Source of the DNA: a virus
IMG/VR virus record: IMGVR_UViG_3300031703_000599
Location: 34,609-98,608 of that record
DNA: 64,000 bases
Strand: one strand, 5' to 3'
Below are positions 55,282 through 64,000 of this stretch, piece after piece. A program made the position numbers and the translations under genes. The stretch's first letter is position 1; every line of letters starts with the position of its first letter. Under the pieces are notes generated by a model. That model saw nothing but the letters and a program-made list of their open reading frames with translations, did not search any database and was not told the DNA's origin.

Positions 55282-56711
55282 ACCTCAGAGTGAGATTTAA
55301 CGCTAACATGTTCTATGATGTGTTTTTTGTCACCATTTAACACAATATCTGCTAGCTGTCTTTTTTGTAATTTTTGTGGGGTCCTAGTGGCATCAGTTTG
55401 TCCGAAAAATAGTTTATCAGTAACATGATATATATCATGTGGTCTCTTTGATTGCTGTGCATTTTTATAGTTCTTGGCAACATCTGATGCAAGCGCGTTG
55501 CCCGTGTACATTACGTAATGTATTTCATCTTTAGAACAACTAGCAACATTTTCTACTCCTGGAACTTCTAATGCTAATGCTTCTACTAATCCTGTGTAAA
55601 CCTTAACACCACCTTTCATAAAGATAACATCATCAAATGCTCTGCCTTTGTAAAACCAAGCACCATTTTTGTTCTCAAACCTATCGCCGTCTGTTTGCCA
55701 GTCACGTGTGCCATACTTGTACCAAAGTACACCATTTTCATCATATTTAAGTTCACCATTATAAAACGCTGGATCGTATACAAACCCATAAAAGTTTTCT
55801 ATTGGATCACCGGGTCTATATTCTGCACGACTATGACAGTCTGCTTCTGTACTTGCCATCATATTGAACATACATACGAAGTTAAATTTCTTCTCAATAC
55901 TTCTAACAACTGATTCTGGAGTATGTCCACCTGAACATTCCCAATACTTGATACCGCTCCAATTAAAATCATCTGGGCATGCATCTACAATATTCTTAAT
56001 TGCAATAGGATATGAGATACAGCAATTAGGATTTGCTTTTTGTATCTGCTCTGGAATATCATCGCCATAATTTAAGAAGTGCAATCCACCGCCAACGTAA
56101 TACATTCGTAGTAAGTTGTAAGGATTGTATGTTGCTGTAAATCCATGCGTACATAGTATGTAAGGTCTTTCATCGTCTTCAAACTCGGGTGCTACTGCAA
56201 ATAAATGTTGAGTTGATGCGTGTGCTGTGCAACCTAATAATGTTTCTCCATTCACAATTGCGTTTTCGTGATCTTCATAATCCCAGAAGAAAGGATACAT
56301 TTCAAAGAACTCTTTAACTGTAGTTCCACTTGTCATTCCTCTGTATATCTCCAATGGATGCAAGATCGACGGACTTAGATCGTCAGTTAACATTGTTATT
56401 TCGTTGCTACGAATAGTACATATTGCGTTAGAGCCTGCAATTAATCCATTTAATTCCATCTTAGATTGTCTAGCATCTGCTTGTGTTGCTGATCCGCCGT
56501 TCTTAACACTAGCAAGAATCCATAAGTAATCATCTATTGTAACTTGATCTTCTGCTACTACGAAAACAACATGCGGACCGATTCCATGTTCTTTTAATCT
56601 TTCTATTTTAGCATCAAGGTTAGCATGTAACTCACCCCATGTAATTTGTTCTGTTGATGAACTTAGAAATATTTGATCATTACTAAGTTGTTTTTGTTTT
56701 TGTTTTAACAT
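55278..56711 (-). CDS. adenylate-forming (ANL/AMP-binding) enzyme
   Basis: TSGTT, ASTE, TDGD, GRAFDDVI...G.KV, KLQKR core motifs. Confidence 0.75.
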   Translation of the reverse strand: MLKQKQKQLSNDQIFLSSSTEQITWGELHANLDAKIERLKEHGIGPHVVFVVAEDQVTIDDYLWILASVKNGGSATQADARQSKMELNGLIAGSNAICTIRSNEITMLTDDLSPSILHPLEIYRGMTSGTTVKEFFEMYPFFWDYEDHENAIVNGETLLGCTAHASTQHLFAVAPEFEDDERPYILCTHGFTATYNPYNLLRMYYVGGGLHFLNYGDDIPEQIQKANPNCCISYPIAIKNIVDACPDDFNWSGIKYWECSGGHTPESVVRSIEKKFNFVCMFNMMASTEADCHSRAEYRPGDPIENFYGFVYDPAFYNGELKYDENGVLWYKYGTRDWQTDGDRFENKNGAWFYKGRAFDDVIFMKGGVKVYTGLVEALALEVPGVENVASCSKDEIHYVMYTGNALASDVAKNYKNAQQSKRPHDIYHVTDKLFFGQTDATRTPQKLQKRQLADIVLNGDKKHIIEHVSVKSHSEV

Positions 56712-57583
56712 TATCTTACTACCTTTAGTTTTTCTATACTTTCATTATAAAATTTATTAGGCCCTAGTATATTAGTATAATCGAACGCTGTTCGCCAAAT
56801 CATTCTATCAACACTTTTAACCCAAGAACGTCTATGTAACGTGAGCAATTGGTCACATATTAAAAAGTCGCCTTCTCTGAGAACAAAATCAGTTATGTTT
56901 CTTCCTTTATACAAGTCTTTCCAAAACTTATCTTTTAGTTCTTCTATATCAATTGGTTCGTTTTTATACCATGCTTTGTCAAGGAATGCAGGTTGCCATA
57001 GCATAATTTCTTTATCAGTGTATGGATGTATATTAATTACATTTTGTCTTTCGTCAACGTGTTTAAAAACTTTATAATTGTTTAAACTAGGATCTCTAGC
57101 ATGTTCTTCAGGTGTTCCATATATTCCATGTGAACCTTGATTGAGTTGTGTTTTAACATTGCGCCACCATTCTTTTTCTTCTTCTGATAGATAATTAAAT
57201 GCAACTTGCGTGTTCATTAAACTTAATACAGTATCAGGACACGAACCCACACAATATAATCCTGTTAACAATTCTTTAAATTCACCAAAATGACATACTC
57301 CAAAGTCATGGTGGTATAATAAATCTGATGGACCAAACATTCCATGTGGGTCAGTACCAGTGGGCTGTGATGTAATTAGAGAAAGATCCGGGGTGTCTTC
57401 TGGATTAAACTGCATGTGTCCCATTGATGGATTTGAATCATTTGTATCGCCAATACGCTGACTGATATCAACTAACTCTTGTCTAGTAAATTCTTGGTCA
57501 TGCAACAATATATATCCATTAATTGCTAATTGATACATTGCGTCTTTTAATTCTATGTCGGTGTAGTCTGTTAAATTTTTCAT
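56711..57583 (-). CDS. TauD/TfdA-family Fe(II)/2OG dioxygenase
   Basis: YHHD, GLYC, HPYT, GDFLICDQ..TLHRR...R.IWR. Confidence 0.85.
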   Translation of the reverse strand: MKNLTDYTDIELKDAMYQLAINGYILLHDQEFTRQELVDISQRIGDTNDSNPSMGHMQFNPEDTPDLSLITSQPTGTDPHGMFGPSDLLYHHDFGVCHFGEFKELLTGLYCVGSCPDTVLSLMNTQVAFNYLSEEEKEWWRNVKTQLNQGSHGIYGTPEEHARDPSLNNYKVFKHVDERQNVINIHPYTDKEIMLWQPAFLDKAWYKNEPIDIEELKDKFWKDLYKGRNITDFVLREGDFLICDQLLTLHRRSWVKSVDRMIWRTAFDYTNILGPNKFYNESIEKLKVVR

Positions 57584-57584
57584 T

Positions 57585-58436
57585 TCAATTTTTTCTATCT
57601 ATGGAATGTGTATAGTCTATTGCTACTCTCCATAGTTCTCTGTTTTTATCTAATATTGGCGAACGGCGGTGTAGAGTATAAAACTGGTCCATAATTAATA
57701 TGTCTCCTGGTCTAAAAACAATGTCTTTGATATATTTTGTTCTATTGATAACAGAATCAAACTTTTCTTGTAATGGTTCTATTTCTATCTGTTTGCCGTT
57801 GTGCCACGCTTTGCTTATTAATGGTGGTTGCCAATATAAGAATTCTTCGCCGCCAACTGGATGTTTGTTTACAACTGGCATTCTTTCATCGCCCGAATGC
57901 GGAGGTGCTTGTATATATTCGCCCATTCGTGCAGTTTCGGCAACCTTTCCACTATTTTTAGGTGGGTTCCAATATTTGCCCATTATACTTCCACCTTGAT
58001 TGTTTAGTTGCACTTCGACTCCACGCCACCATTCTTTTTCTTCTTCCGGCAAGTCTAAAAATGCATCACGATTATTACTCACTGATAAAACAGTATCAGG
58101 ACAATATTCCACACAATACAAACAAATTAACCATTCTTTGTGTTCCCACACATTGTCAACAACATGGTGTACTGTTCCATTTGAATGCCAATGTAAATCG
58201 CAATGTCCAAGTAACATATCCGGTTTAGGAGATACGATTGATATATCTGGATTATCACTAGGATTGAATTTCATGTACCCTAGCATATCATCGTCAGTGC
58301 TTCCTATTCGTCTGCAATAGTCAACTAATTCTTTTTGAGTGAACTGTTGGTCATAATGTAAAGTAAAGCCATCGGTTAGTATACGTTGCGCCTCATCCAA
58401 CATCTCACATTCAGTAAAGTCTTTTATCTGGTTCAT
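57585..58436 (-). CDS. TauD/TfdA-family dioxygenase (HxN variant)
   Basis: WHSNG, CLYC, HPVG, GDILIMDQ..TLHRR...RELWR. Confidence 0.8.
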   Translation of the reverse strand: MNQIKDFTECEMLDEAQRILTDGFTLHYDQQFTQKELVDYCRRIGSTDDDMLGYMKFNPSDNPDISIVSPKPDMLLGHCDLHWHSNGTVHHVVDNVWEHKEWLICLYCVEYCPDTVLSVSNNRDAFLDLPEEEKEWWRGVEVQLNNQGGSIMGKYWNPPKNSGKVAETARMGEYIQAPPHSGDERMPVVNKHPVGGEEFLYWQPPLISKAWHNGKQIEIEPLQEKFDSVINRTKYIKDIVFRPGDILIMDQFYTLHRRSPILDKNRELWRVAIDYTHSIDRKN

Positions 58437-58999
58437 TCGTTATCCGCCATGTATTGTCTATAATTTTGAAGTGCTTGTTTATATGATATATCTAATATCT
58501 TAAACTTTACAAACTTTCTCTCTGTAGGGAATGCCGGAACACTATGTTCTTTCATGATATTTAGCAAAGCACATTTGTAAGTGATAAGCCCATACGTTGG
58601 GAAATTTATAGGACCAGTGGGAGAAACTAATTGTATATTTACTGCACATTTAATAGGCTTTACTTTAGTAGTTGACCCAATATTTAATATATCACTGGGT
58701 AATTTATCTGAATGTACTGGAACTGATGTATTTGCTTCTTGAGTAAACGTCAATACTTCTATCTCGTTTGTTCCTAGTAATTCTCGTAATTGTTCGCATA
58801 TATTGTTTACTTCTGAATCAGGTTGAAGTGGGACACTTGCAATTAACCATGTCTCTGGGCCAGCGAACCAACTGTCAGTTTCAGTCTCTTTAAGTTCTTT
58901 AAAGTACGGCTCTAACTCTAACACATCTACTTCTTGTTGAAGTTTTTTGATGTCGTACTGTAGCGTTAGCTCTTGTACGTAATCTGATTCAAGTTGCAT
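58433..58999 (-). CDS. putative 2OG-Fe(II) oxygenase-like (double-stranded beta-helix) protein
   Basis: PVHSD...CAVNI...LLNIMKEHSV...R. Confidence 0.55.
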   Translation of the reverse strand: MQLESDYVQELTLQYDIKKLQQEVDVLELEPYFKELKETETDSWFAGPETWLIASVPLQPDSEVNNICEQLRELLGTNEIEVLTFTQEANTSVPVHSDKLPSDILNIGSTTKVKPIKCAVNIQLVSPTGPINFPTYGLITYKCALLNIMKEHSVPAFPTERKFVKFKILDISYKQALQNYRQYMADNE

Positions 59000-59002
59000 T
59001 AA

Positions 59003-59680
59003 CTATCGTTTCTTTAATACAAAGAATATACGTCCGTTGTCTTGACGTATAGTAACGACCATACAACCAAATGCATTGGCTGCATTAATAATAAACTCTG
59101 GTGTCCATTCAAAGAAGTCAATCCATTCAGCTTCTGGTGCAGTGTGCATCTTGCCTGGGTTAACACGAAAGAATAGTAATCCTTTGTCTGATGTAAGTTC
59201 AATTGCATGTGACAGTTCCATTAAGATCTTATCACTGCTTCCAAAGTTAATACTGCCTAAGCTGATAACAACATCATATTCTTTGTCTTTATCTACAACA
59301 TAATCCATTATTGTGCTGTTAACATCAGCTCGTGTGTTGTATGGATCAATTCCTATTAGATTATTAATCTTGCCTTTGAACTCATTGTATCCGCAGCCTA
59401 AGTCTAGTACGTTAGCGGGCTCAAGTGAATTAATTTCATCAATTATACTTAACCCGCTGTACTTGTATTTCTTTGTCTGTGGCTGCCAAACTTTACTAAA
59501 GTATTGCTCTAGTACAAGGGTGTCTATTGTATTAGTTAACTCAACTATACTGTTTGCTTTTGCGTCTACTGTTACGTCAAATGTAGCTGAAATTGCTACC
59601 TTTAAGCTCTGTGGATTCATCAACAGTGCAGGTGACGCTTTAAGCATCTCTTGTAAACGATTAAATATTTTAATATTCAT
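59003..59680 (-). CDS. class I SAM-dependent methyltransferase (paralog of 48644..49168)
   Basis: VLDLGCGYNEFK, GIDP, SLGSINFG. Confidence 0.8.
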   Translation of the reverse strand: MNIKIFNRLQEMLKASPALLMNPQSLKVAISATFDVTVDAKANSIVELTNTIDTLVLEQYFSKVWQPQTKKYKYSGLSIIDEINSLEPANVLDLGCGYNEFKGKINNLIGIDPYNTRADVNSTIMDYVVDKDKEYDVVISLGSINFGSSDKILMELSHAIELTSDKGLLFFRVNPGKMHTAPEAEWIDFFEWTPEFIINAANAFGCMVVTIRQDNGRIFFVLKKR

Positions 59681-59711
59681 TAATTAAACTCTTTATTATA
59701 CTATCTGTACT

Positions 59712-59740
59712 ATTATACATGATCAATCATGCATTGTCAA
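59712..59740 (-). promoter_or_regulatory. sigma70-type promoter
   Basis: TTGACA-N17-TATAAT. Confidence 0.7.
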
Positions 59741-59743
59741 TCT

Positions 59744-59857
59744 TTAGTCGTATATAAAAGGATCTTTCTTTGCCATTTCTTCTAGCTTTTTCTTTAATTC
59801 TTTTCTATATTTGCGTTCTTCGATTATATCTTTAATCCATTTAACTGGGTTCCACAT
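59744..59857 (-). CDS. small basic protein
   Basis: Manual ORF MWNPVKWIKD...KKDPFIYD with AGGAG RBS. Confidence 0.55.
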   Translation of the reverse strand: MWNPVKWIKDIIEERKYRKELKKKLEEMAKKDPFIYD

Positions 59858-60587
59858 TGTAGTTTCTCCTATTCCATGCGTCAAGTACGTGTTCGCCTAG
59901 CAGGCGTTGGCCTGCTTTAGTAAAGTGGCCTTGGTCACCTTTGTTGTTTAGTATATTTACTAATTCTTTATGTTTGCCAACAGCGTCAAACAATGCTGAC
60001 ATGTTTAAATATTGTGCGTGTGTATGTTGGTATTTATAGTCAACATGACTGTGTGTTTTTATTACCCATGTTGGAATGTTGTTACGTTGTAGTATATTAT
60101 TAATATGACTGCATGCAGCTTTAACAAGACTTGGTAACATATCAGTGGCCGCTAGCTTGTGTAAGTAATCAACTGCATTGTCAGTTAAGTCTAAATTCCA
60201 ATTGCTATGTAATTGCTGTTGTAATGCAGGTCTATGCTGTAGTCCTCTGCTTAGTATTACACTGTCTTCTGTTAATTCATGTGTAACTATATTACCTAGC
60301 GTAGTACGAGCCCATAATGAATCTTGTGTTAATAAAAACTTAGGCTCTATGCTTTCTTGTATGATGCATGCATCGTATGTATCTAGCTCAGTACTTAACG
60401 GTCCATCTTCAATTGCTTGTAGCCAATTTAAATACCCTACTCCGTAGCCTGTGTAATGTGTAATTGTAGTTGCATCATTTTGTAATGCATCAATCCAACT
60501 ATGAGTACTAGTTAATTCCTCTTCGTCATTATTGTTAAAGCCATAGCTTCCTCTGCTGTAACTGCATCCTAGTACAAGGAGTTTCAC
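59841..60587 (-). CDS. SGNH-like hydrolase/acyltransferase
   Basis: VLGCSYS, DQGHF. Confidence 0.6.
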   Translation of the reverse strand: MKLLVLGCSYSRGSYGFNNNDEEELTSTHSWIDALQNDATTITHYTGYGVGYLNWLQAIEDGPLSTELDTYDACIIQESIEPKFLLTQDSLWARTTLGNIVTHELTEDSVILSRGLQHRPALQQQLHSNWNLDLTDNAVDYLHKLAATDMLPSLVKAACSHINNILQRNNIPTWVIKTHSHVDYKYQHTHAQYLNMSALFDAVGKHKELVNILNNKGDQGHFTKAGQRLLGEHVLDAWNRRNYNVEPS

Positions 60588-62086
60588 TTATCATCCGTTG
60601 TAACAACTGTTACGTTATACTGTTCTGTCCAGCGTTTTGCATCCAATTCATTGTCTACCATTGGCTCACCTTTTATGTTTAGGCTAGTGTTAAGTAACAT
60701 TGGTCCATTACCTTCTGCTTGCCACTTGTCTAACAAGTTGTACAGTCCTGGATTTTGAATCTTATTAACAGTTTGTACTCTGCTTGTTCCATCTATATGT
60801 GTAATTGCAGGGTATAAGTCAGGACGTTTTGTACGACCCACAAACTGCATAAACGGACTACTGTGTACACCCTGTGGCATGTCAAAGTATTCGTGTAAGT
60901 ATTCTTCTTTAATGACTGGAGCAAATGGTCTAAACGCTTGTCGTTGCTTAACTGTATTAACTAAATCTTGCATTGATTTGCCGCGTGGGTCAGCTAACAA
61001 ACTTCTGTTACCTAATGCACGTGGACCAAACTCGGCACGTCCACTTGCTACTCCTACCATGCCTGTGTTCTGTAATTCTTTTAATGCAGCATTAACTGGG
61101 TAGCTGCCTGGGATGTTGTAACCTAGATATGGATTATTAAACTCTACAAACTCACGTGTGTGATCTAATACACACCCAATGCTGCTGCCTGCGTCGCCTG
61201 GGTTAGGCATAATCCATACACCTTTAAAGAACTTATGTGCAATGCTATTAGCAACACAATTTAATGCACAACCGCCCATTAGTACAATGTTCTTTGAGTT
61301 AACTAACAACGATGCCTCAACACATAAATGTGTAAATATCTCTTCGTACACTGCTTGAACGCCTGCTGCAATGTCTGCGTAGTCTTGTACACTGTTTAAC
61401 TCGGGTGCCCAGTCGCGGCATCCTCTGTGTAAGTTACGTTTAAATTTAACACTCATCTCGCCTCGTTTCATGGGCACAATGAAATCATTGTATATCTTAT
61501 CTTTATATTTGTTAGGATCGCCTACTGCTGCCCATCCCATTAATATATATTCATCTTCGTTTGGCTTTAATCCAATGCGCTGTGTCATTGCACTGTACCA
61601 CAGTCCTAGACTGTTTGGGTAGCTTTGACTAAATCGTTTCTTTAATGTACGGTCTCGTCCTTCCCACAGTGTAAGTGTTTCAAACTCACCTATGCTGTCT
61701 ATTACTAGTACTGCGGCATCTCTATACGGACTTGTGTAATAGCCTGCAGCGGCATGACTAGCATGATGCCTATGATTAATTACATGATTGTCTATTCCAA
61801 GGGCTGACAGTGTCTTACTTGGGCTAGGTTTATTAAATGCTGTGCTGTATTGGCCTGCACGTAGCTGACGCATCTTCTTTAACCACGGAGTCTCGTACCA
61901 GTGTACCTCTGTTGGTTCACCAAACTCTAATGCTTGTGCAATTAAAGATTCATTTAAATAAGCATCATTCTTTTTACCACTGCTTCGTTCTGCGTGTGCA
62001 GCGAATGCAATGTCGTTACCTTTAAATACTGCAAGGGCTGCATCGTGTGCGTCTGCTGTAATTCCCCATCTAATATGATTATTCAT
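60584..62086 (-). CDS. carbamoyltransferase (NodU/CmcH/TobZ family)
   Basis: HDAA, HHASHAA, GGCALNCVAN, EFGPRALGNRS, FRPFAP, LNTSLN. Confidence 0.95.
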   Translation of the reverse strand: MNNHIRWGITADAHDAALAVFKGNDIAFAAHAERSSGKKNDAYLNESLIAQALEFGEPTEVHWYETPWLKKMRQLRAGQYSTAFNKPSPSKTLSALGIDNHVINHRHHASHAAAGYYTSPYRDAAVLVIDSIGEFETLTLWEGRDRTLKKRFSQSYPNSLGLWYSAMTQRIGLKPNEDEYILMGWAAVGDPNKYKDKIYNDFIVPMKRGEMSVKFKRNLHRGCRDWAPELNSVQDYADIAAGVQAVYEEIFTHLCVEASLLVNSKNIVLMGGCALNCVANSIAHKFFKGVWIMPNPGDAGSSIGCVLDHTREFVEFNNPYLGYNIPGSYPVNAALKELQNTGMVGVASGRAEFGPRALGNRSLLADPRGKSMQDLVNTVKQRQAFRPFAPVIKEEYLHEYFDMPQGVHSSPFMQFVGRTKRPDLYPAITHIDGTSRVQTVNKIQNPGLYNLLDKWQAEGNGPMLLNTSLNIKGEPMVDNELDAKRWTEQYNVTVVTTDDK

Positions 62087-62531
62087 TTATATTAACTCTA
62101 TTCATTATTGCGGCATCATCGCCGCATATCGCTCTAATAGCAGGTATGTTGTCTGGTAATGGTTTGTTGTGTAAATCTAACCATACACCTTTACTGCACT
62201 GTACGTGCTTACCTGGGTAACACCATACCCATCCATTACTTGTTAGTGTGCAATCATCTTGGTCATGAAAGAAGAAGTGTGCATCAATGTGCATCAATGG
62301 TGGAATACATTCAATTGTTTTAGCGTGTACAATTACCTCACGCTTGGCTAGAAACTTCTCATCTGCCCATGCCTGTGGATTATCGTGTCCATACCACAGC
62401 ACTCCATTTAACAGTTGTACGTCTACTTCTACATGATGTCCAGCTTCAATTGCCTCATTCATATATTCCTGTGTGTTCTCACGTGTACTATCACGTCCTT
62501 GGTAATTGCCTCTGTGTGCAATAAAATCCAT
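62079..62531 (-). CDS. PLC-like/glycerophosphodiester phosphodiesterase domain protein
   Basis: IAHRGN, EN, EVDV, GHD, HAK. Confidence 0.75.
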   Translation of the reverse strand: MDFIAHRGNYQGRDSTRENTQEYMNEAIEAGHHVEVDVQLLNGVLWYGHDNPQAWADEKFLAKREVIVHAKTIECIPPLMHIDAHFFFHDQDDCTLTSNGWVWCYPGKHVQCSKGVWLDLHNKPLPDNIPAIRAICGDDAAIMNRVNINE

Positions 62532-62543
62532 ACACCCTGTCCT

Positions 62544-63257
62544 TTATTTGTTTAAGAAATTTTCTAAGTCTTCTGGAGTGCCTATGCCTATCATTGATGT
62601 AACAGGAATAGCAGCAATATACGTATCATGTAACAGTGCTATTGTGTAATTAAACACAGGGCATGTATAAAACTCTCCATTTACTCTGTCGTTCATATCA
62701 ATCATTCGTTCAACGCTTTCAATAAACTGCTGACTATTTTTCCAATAGTACCAGCCTGTAGTAGCCCACTCACTTATAGCAATCTTTTCTGCTACAGCTA
62801 ATACTCCATTTTCTTCATTTATAGCTGCATAACTCCATTTAGAATCCTTCTCAGGGCAATGAAATACACTAATTGCGCCAACTATCTTATCATCGTTTAT
62901 CACACTATGCATTGAGCGCAAATTCCATTCAGTGTGTTGATCACAATTACTAATGAATATACTGCATCCTTCTTCTTCGAAATGTTCCCTTGCTAACATT
63001 ATAGTACATGCTGTGCCATCTGTCAAGTCATTAATTTCAACTACTGTAGCGTCTGGATACCATTCTAATATGTCTTCTCGTAAGTTATGTGCTTTTTGCA
63101 CAATAAAGATACGTTCATCAAATTCAAGTCCAATGCATCGCTCGCTGTGAACAAACATCGGAACTCCATTAACTGGTATCATGGGCTTAGGAACAGTATA
63201 GCCAAGTTCATCGAATCTACTGCCGTTGCCTGCCATAGGCATTATTAATTTTAACAT
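62544..63257 (-). CDS. sugar nucleotidyltransferase-like protein
   Basis: PMAGNGSRF...PKPMI, NCD, VAEK, GTPEDL. Confidence 0.85.
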   Translation of the reverse strand: MLKLIMPMAGNGSRFDELGYTVPKPMIPVNGVPMFVHSERCIGLEFDERIFIVQKAHNLREDILEWYPDATVVEINDLTDGTACTIMLAREHFEEEGCSIFISNCDQHTEWNLRSMHSVINDDKIVGAISVFHCPEKDSKWSYAAINEENGVLAVAEKIAISEWATTGWYYWKNSQQFIESVERMIDMNDRVNGEFYTCPVFNYTIALLHDTYIAAIPVTSMIGIGTPEDLENFLNK

Positions 63258-63258
63258 T

Positions 63259-63855
63259 TTATTTCCTTATGTGTTGTAGTTTGGACAGCGTGTCTGCGCT
63301 GTTTATTACACTGATCACAACACAACCACTCGCGATTGCGCATTGTATTCCAACTGGACTGTCTTCAAATATCAGTGTAGTTTCTGGTGTGCTGTTAGTA
63401 TATTCAACTATGTCTAAGAACGTAGTTGTGTCTGGCTTTGCTGGAAAGTCTGTTGCTGTGTTAATCTTAACAAATAGATCTTTAATTTGCAACAAGTCTA
63501 AGCTAGCGTGTACAAACAATTCAGTTGCATTACTTGCAACGGCTAATTGATAGCCTGCATCTTCAAGTCTATGCATCTCTGCACATAACTCCACGTTGTA
63601 TATTATGTATTCATGTAAATGTGCTTGCGTATGTGATTGCTTAATTTGATTTAACTTATCTCCGTTAAACTCATATCCTTTGGCATGTAATATACGTATC
63701 TTTTCACGTGTTGGACGACCTTCTACTTCCTCATCTGTAAACACTGCAAGTGGGCAAACTACTGCAATTGCAGCACGAAACCCATCTTGATGTAGTTCTT
63801 TACAGTCTGCTAATGTACCATCAAAGTCAAATATTATTGTTTTTATGTTTTCCAT
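63259..63855 (-). CDS. HAD-family phosphatase
   Basis: FDFDGTL, ASN, KP, FEDSPVG. Confidence 0.9.
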   Translation of the reverse strand: MENIKTIIFDFDGTLADCKELHQDGFRAAIAVVCPLAVFTDEEVEGRPTREKIRILHAKGYEFNGDKLNQIKQSHTQAHLHEYIIYNVELCAEMHRLEDAGYQLAVASNATELFVHASLDLLQIKDLFVKINTATDFPAKPDTTTFLDIVEYTNSTPETTLIFEDSPVGIQCAIASGCVVISVINSADTLSKLQHIRK

Positions 63856-63876
63856 TTAATTGGTTTCTTTTAATTC

Positions 63877-64000
63877 CTAACTGCCTAACGTATACAGTTC
63901 GTAGTCTTTGGGTGTTCTCAACGGCATCATATCCCTAACTTGATAAGCAATCCACGTTGAATTAAGCTTACTAGCACTGTGTTCAACTGCTGGACACACT
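63877..64000 (-). CDS. 3' end of a probable second nucleotidyltransferase (partial)
   Basis: VCPAV...PLRTPKDYELY resembles the C-terminus of 62544..63257. Confidence 0.45.
   Translation of the reverse strand, partial: VCPAVEHSASKLNSTWIAYQVRDMMPLRTPKDYELYTLGS

Noticed and set aside
1-64000. Stop-codon reassignment as in some jumbo phages
   Set aside because: Conserved genes are full length in the standard code, TAG and TGA both terminate genes, and no suppressor tRNA is seen
1-64000. Cellular (bacterial) chromosome origin, suggested by metK, prs, galE, tct and pro genes
   Set aside because: T4-type RNase H, dense tiny hypothetical ORFs, incomplete transporters, a tRNA array and single-strand coding bias fit a large phage; no ribosomal or other cellular core operons are present

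Overview
The window is a gene-dense, AT-rich segment, almost entirely minus-strand coded, that reads as part of a large lytic (T4-like/jumbo-type) phage genome. The host is probably a marine alphaproteobacterium, inferred from MetK and Prs sequence flavour plus TctA/TctC and ProX/ProW transporters. No structural or packaging genes are present. From left to right it contains: (1) small early ORFs behind near-consensus sigma70 promoters (17 found across the window), including a stand-alone MqsA-type zinc finger; (2) a compact RNA array at 5.3-6.3 kb, where 3 canonical tRNAs (Gly, Ser, Asn) alternate with 6 tRNA-like or other structured non-coding elements; (3) a plus-strand split radical-SAM/SPASM cassette; (4) nucleotide and SAM metabolism genes (RNase H, metK, DNA methyltransferase, queE, MazG, prs, tdk); (5) an exported S8 protease; (6) a 7-deazaguanine DNA-modification operon (clamp-like, TGT/DpdA, QueD-like, glycosyltransferase, GalE, FolE, PRTase), with queE and a QueC-like gene elsewhere in the window; (7) a secreted 23x Cys-repeat protein module; (8) a long auxiliary island with an amidinotransferase, TctA/TctC, ProW/ProX, a low-GC TauD-TauD-adenylation enzyme-nitroreductase-methyltransferase cluster, a carbamoyltransferase, a nucleotidyltransferase and a HAD phosphatase. 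The best candidates for undescribed systems are a possibly glycosylated 7-deazaguanine DNA hypermodification, the tRNA-embedded ncRNA array, and the phage-borne biosynthetic/transport cluster. All calls come from motif reading by eye; no searches were run.
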